The position numbers and the translations under genes are program-made. A DNA stretch of 64,000 bases from Hyaloraphidium curvatum SAG 235-1 (taxonomy: Eukaryota > Fungi > Monoblepharomycota), in NCBI GenBank assembly GCA_025558095.1, contig JAIVFI010000003.1, positions 806,001-870,000 on the forward strand, given 5' to 3'. Positions 60,928 through 64,000 of the stretch are shown here, one piece after another (positions within the stretch are counted from its first letter, which is position 1; every line of letters starts with the position of its first letter). The notes beneath the pieces are model-generated. The model was given only the letters and a program-made list of their open reading frames with translations, was not told where the DNA came from and did no database searches.

Positions 60928-61376
60928 CTATTCATCCGCCAGATGCTTCGCCAGCTCCTCGACCGAAACCTTGCCGTCCGGGTTCGTCTTGTCGTCGATC
61001 TTCTTGATCATCCATGCTAGCTCGTCCTCGGACACGTGGACCTTGTCGCCGCCGGCCACGAACGCCTTGGGCTGCCGTCAAGCAAGGCTGGCGGGGAGGA
61101 CGAAGGAGGATGCGAACCTTGAGCTCGTCGCCCATGACGAACCCGTCGCCGTTCTGTCGGAACCGCCGGAAGTTGTGAATGATGCGCCATGGGGAAACGA
61201 CGACAGCGGGGGAGCCGTCGGGTACGCACCTTGTCCAGAGACCTAGCGTACTCGAGAACTTGGTCCTGCGATTGCGGGTGGAGCGTGAGGTTCGCTCCGC
61301 TGGAGCGACTCGCCTGGGCCGGCGGTATCCGGGCCGCAGCCCCAGCGCATGCCACCGAGCGCGAGGCACGCACCAT
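60928..61376 (-). CDS. Small (~70 aa) two-EF-hand calcium-binding protein, 3 introns, not visible as one ORF
   Basis: ATG|gtgcgt..cag|DQVLEYARSLDK|NGDGFVMGDELK|AFVAGGDKVHVSEDELAWMIKKIDDKTNPDGKVSVEELAKHLADE*; EF loop DKNGDGFVMGDE. Confidence 0.75.
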
Positions 61377-61733
61377 GGCGGGTTCGGCGGAGACTTTTCC
61401 GGGCAGGCGCCCGTTCGCAACGTCAAAGGATAGCGCGCTGCTGTGATGGGGGATTGTTGGGGACGTACAGCGGGTGCTGCTGCGGACCCTCCTGACTCCG
61501 CCCGCGCTGGACACGACTTGTCGCACGTCGACGATCCATTGGAGACAACGTTTCCATGACGGTGATCCGAGGAGATGGAACAATCTGATGGTGCGGGATG
61601 GGGAATACAAATGTCGGACTCGGGCCCCGATCGCGAAAGATTCAGATGCAGGCCTCTCGCAACAGCAAGCAATGGCGGCTTCGTTGGAGATTCGAGTTTA
61701 TTCTACCCCCTCTTCCACGGCATGTCCATCGGC

Positions 61734-63284
61734 CTAGAACTTGAGCTCGTCGGCGTAGGGCAGTTCCCGGATGTTGCCGTAGGCAACGACCGAGGTCCTC
61801 GAGTGCGTGATTTTGTGCACGATCTGTCGCAGCAAGGCGTCAGCAAATGCATCCTTTCGCACGGCCCGCCGGGGAGACCCACCTTTGCGACCTGGTCCGC
61901 GGTCACGGCGTCGATCTTGGACACGAGCTCCGCCGGCGACGAGAAGGACCCCGACGCGATCACCTGCTGCGCCGCCATGTGCAGGATGCCCTCCCTCGTC
62001 GCCTGCTCCTCGAGCTCCACCGCCGCGGCCTTCTTCCCGCGCGCGAGGTCGGCCGCCGAGGGCCCCTTGCCCGCGGCCTTGATGGCCGCCACGGCGCCCT
62101 CGACCGCCCCCCGCACCGCGGCGGCGTCGTCGGCGACGACCGAGATGCCAAACAGCCCCGTGTCGGAGTAGCTCGCGCTCACGGCCTCGACCGTGACGCC
62201 CTTGCCCGACAGCTTCGCGAACGGCGCGGCGGCCGACCCCGACGGCACGGCGTACTTGACCCTCGGCGCGCCCGAGCCCAGGATGCCCTTGAGCACCAGC
62301 GCCGCTGCGTGGTCGGCGGTGCCGAACGGCACGCCCTCGGTGGCGACGACGTAGCGCGACGGCCCGGGGGCCTCGATGCGGGCTTCGCCGCCGTGGTAGC
62401 TCGATGCGGCCTGCGCGGGCGCGCCCGAGCCGAGGTCCGCCCCGCGGAGCACGGCGTCGACCAGCGAGACGAGGTCCTCGTGGTCCACGCCGGCGCCGAC
62501 GACGGCGAGGTTCTCGGGGCCGGCGGTCTTGGCGAGGTACTCGAGCACCTTGGTGCGCGTGATCTTCTTTGCGCTCTCGGGGGCGGCGAACAGCGAGTTG
62601 CCCAGGCCGCCGCGGAAGGCGGTGCGGTGCAGCGCGTCGGCGACCACCGTGGCGGGGTCCGCGAGGGCGGCCTGGGTCTCGGCGGCCACGTCCGCGGCCA
62701 CGTCGGCGAACTGGTGGCGCACCATCAGGTTGGCGAGCACCTGCGAGAGCAGGTTCGGGACCACGTCGACGCTGTGCACAACAAGCGGGTGAGCGGGATC
62801 GCGGGGGCGGGGGGCGGGGCGACGCACAGGTTGTCGCGGAGGAAGTCTGTGCCGACGACGATGTACTCGCGGGTCAGGGCGGCGTACGGGTAGTTGCCCA
62901 TGAGCTCGGCCTCGCGGGCCTGGCGCAGCGCGGTGCCCTCTGCGGTGTCCTGCGCGAGCATTGCAGGGAGGCGTCAAATTGGGAGCGAGGCGCGCGGATG
63001 GCCCCGCCCACCTTGAAGGTGTAGTCCTTCAGGAAGTGCGACACGCCGGGCGCATCCTTCGGCTCGAAGCGCGAGCCGGCCTTGAGCACCACGGCGACCG
63101 AGCTGGATGGGCCGGGCAGGTCGAGCGTGGCGACGGTGACGCCGCCGGCCTTGGAGACGGCCTTGGGCGCGGCGGCGGCGGCGGCGGGCTGCGCGCGCTT
63201 GATGTTGACCACCAGCGGCGAGCGGGAGGAGGGCAGCACCGCGTAGCCGCGCTTTGCGACCAATTGGGCCGCGTGCCGCTGCAT
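61734..63284 (-). CDS. QCR2: Cytochrome bc1 complex core subunit 2 (M16 family), mitochondrial, multi-exon
   Basis: Presequence MQRHAAQLVAKRGYA; KAGSRFE..PGVSHFLKDYTFK, REAELMG, ALHRTAFRGGLGNSL, YHGGEARI, SYSDTGLFGI, YGNIRELPYADEL. Confidence 0.9.
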
Positions 63285-63559
63285 CGTCGCGGATGGGAAG
63301 GAGGTGGCGCACAGAGCAGGAGGAGGGTTAGGAGAAAACGCTATGTATGCGGGAGGGCCGCGGCAGGGCCGCGGGCGCCAAGGTTAGAGCCCAACTAGGG
63401 AAAATCGCGCGAAACAAGCTCCGCTCGACCCCCGAATCCAACGGGTTTCCGGGCCCGCCACGGCGTCCGCACTGCGTGGGGTGGGCTACCGCGGTGCAGC
63501 TTAGCTCGCGGAGTGGCCGGCCGGGGTCCGTCAGCGGGATCCGCAGCGTGCGCGCCCGC

Positions 63560-64000
63560 ATGCCGCGGCCGCGTGACAGGCGCATGCATTGCGGCGCGCG
63601 GGTCGGCACGCACACCGGCAACGGCGCCGCCATGCGCGGGGCGTGCGTCGGCGGTGCGCGGGAGGGCGGCAGGCGCGACAGGGCGCCGCGCGGGGCCGCC
63701 GGACGCACCGCGCTGCCGCCGCCGGCGGGGCTCCGAACGCTGCTGCTGCTCGCCCTGCTGGCCGCCGGCGGCCGCTCCTCCACCGTTCCGACCCTTCTCC
63801 ACGAGAGCCCGCGGCACGCGGCCCCGAGTGCCGCCCAGCCCGCCCCGCGCGGACCCCGGTCGCCCCCCGCTTGGCCGGACGCGCAGGCGGAGCCGCCCCT
63901 CCCTCCACCGCCGCCGGCCTGCGCGACCCGCTTCCGCACCGCGTCGGCGCACCTCGCCGCATACGCGCCCCCCGCGGACCCGCCGTTCGACACCCCTTCG
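63560..64000 (+). CDS. 5' end of a possible type II membrane or secreted protein, runs off the window
   Basis: Open frame from ATG 63560 to the window end with hydrophobic LRTLLLLALLAAGG; divergent from QCR2. Confidence 0.35.
   Translation, partial: MPRPRDRRMHCGARVGTHTGNGAAMRGACVGGAREGGRRDRAPRGAAGRTALPPPAGLRTLLLLALLAAGGRSSTVPTLLHESPRHAAPSAAQPAPRGPRSPPAWPDAQAEPPLPPPPPACATRFRTASAHLAAYAPPADPPFDTPS

Overview
Gene-dense, GC-rich eukaryotic DNA with short (mostly ~50-60 nt) GT-AG introns and CTRAC-type branch points. The gene content (THR4, BCK1-type MAP3K, QCR2, SAH1, OTU1, SEM1, CGI121, TBCD, plus BRCC3, strawberry notch and an ankyrin-TKL kinase) suggests an early-diverging fungus, possibly chytrid/Monoblepharidomycota-like; this is inference. 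About 36 protein-coding loci can be supported. I found no rRNA, tRNA, CRISPR array or transposase. Most interesting: (1) three adjacent small orphan genes at 55.1-57.2 kb that share a gapless 24-aa motif, one being a 59-aa probably myristoylated micropeptide next to an ankyrin-repeat kinase; (2) an intronless fusion of a TTLL12-type SET-like N-terminal region to an NPPY class I methyltransferase; (3) five dispersed copies of an atypical CAMK-like kinase family (D[FW]G, EAVGC activation loop, no APE glutamate), one a truncated decaying duplicate; (4) a small protein combining a heme-thiolate PCP motif with caleosin-like motifs, head-to-head with PHS1; (5) a bacterial-style secreted PQQ sugar dehydrogenase-NPCBM protein head-to-head with a secreted cupredoxin-fold protein; (6) two 5'-nucleotidase-EF-hand paralogs, one intronless. 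Exon boundaries were read by eye. Family assignments come from motif recognition, not from database searches.
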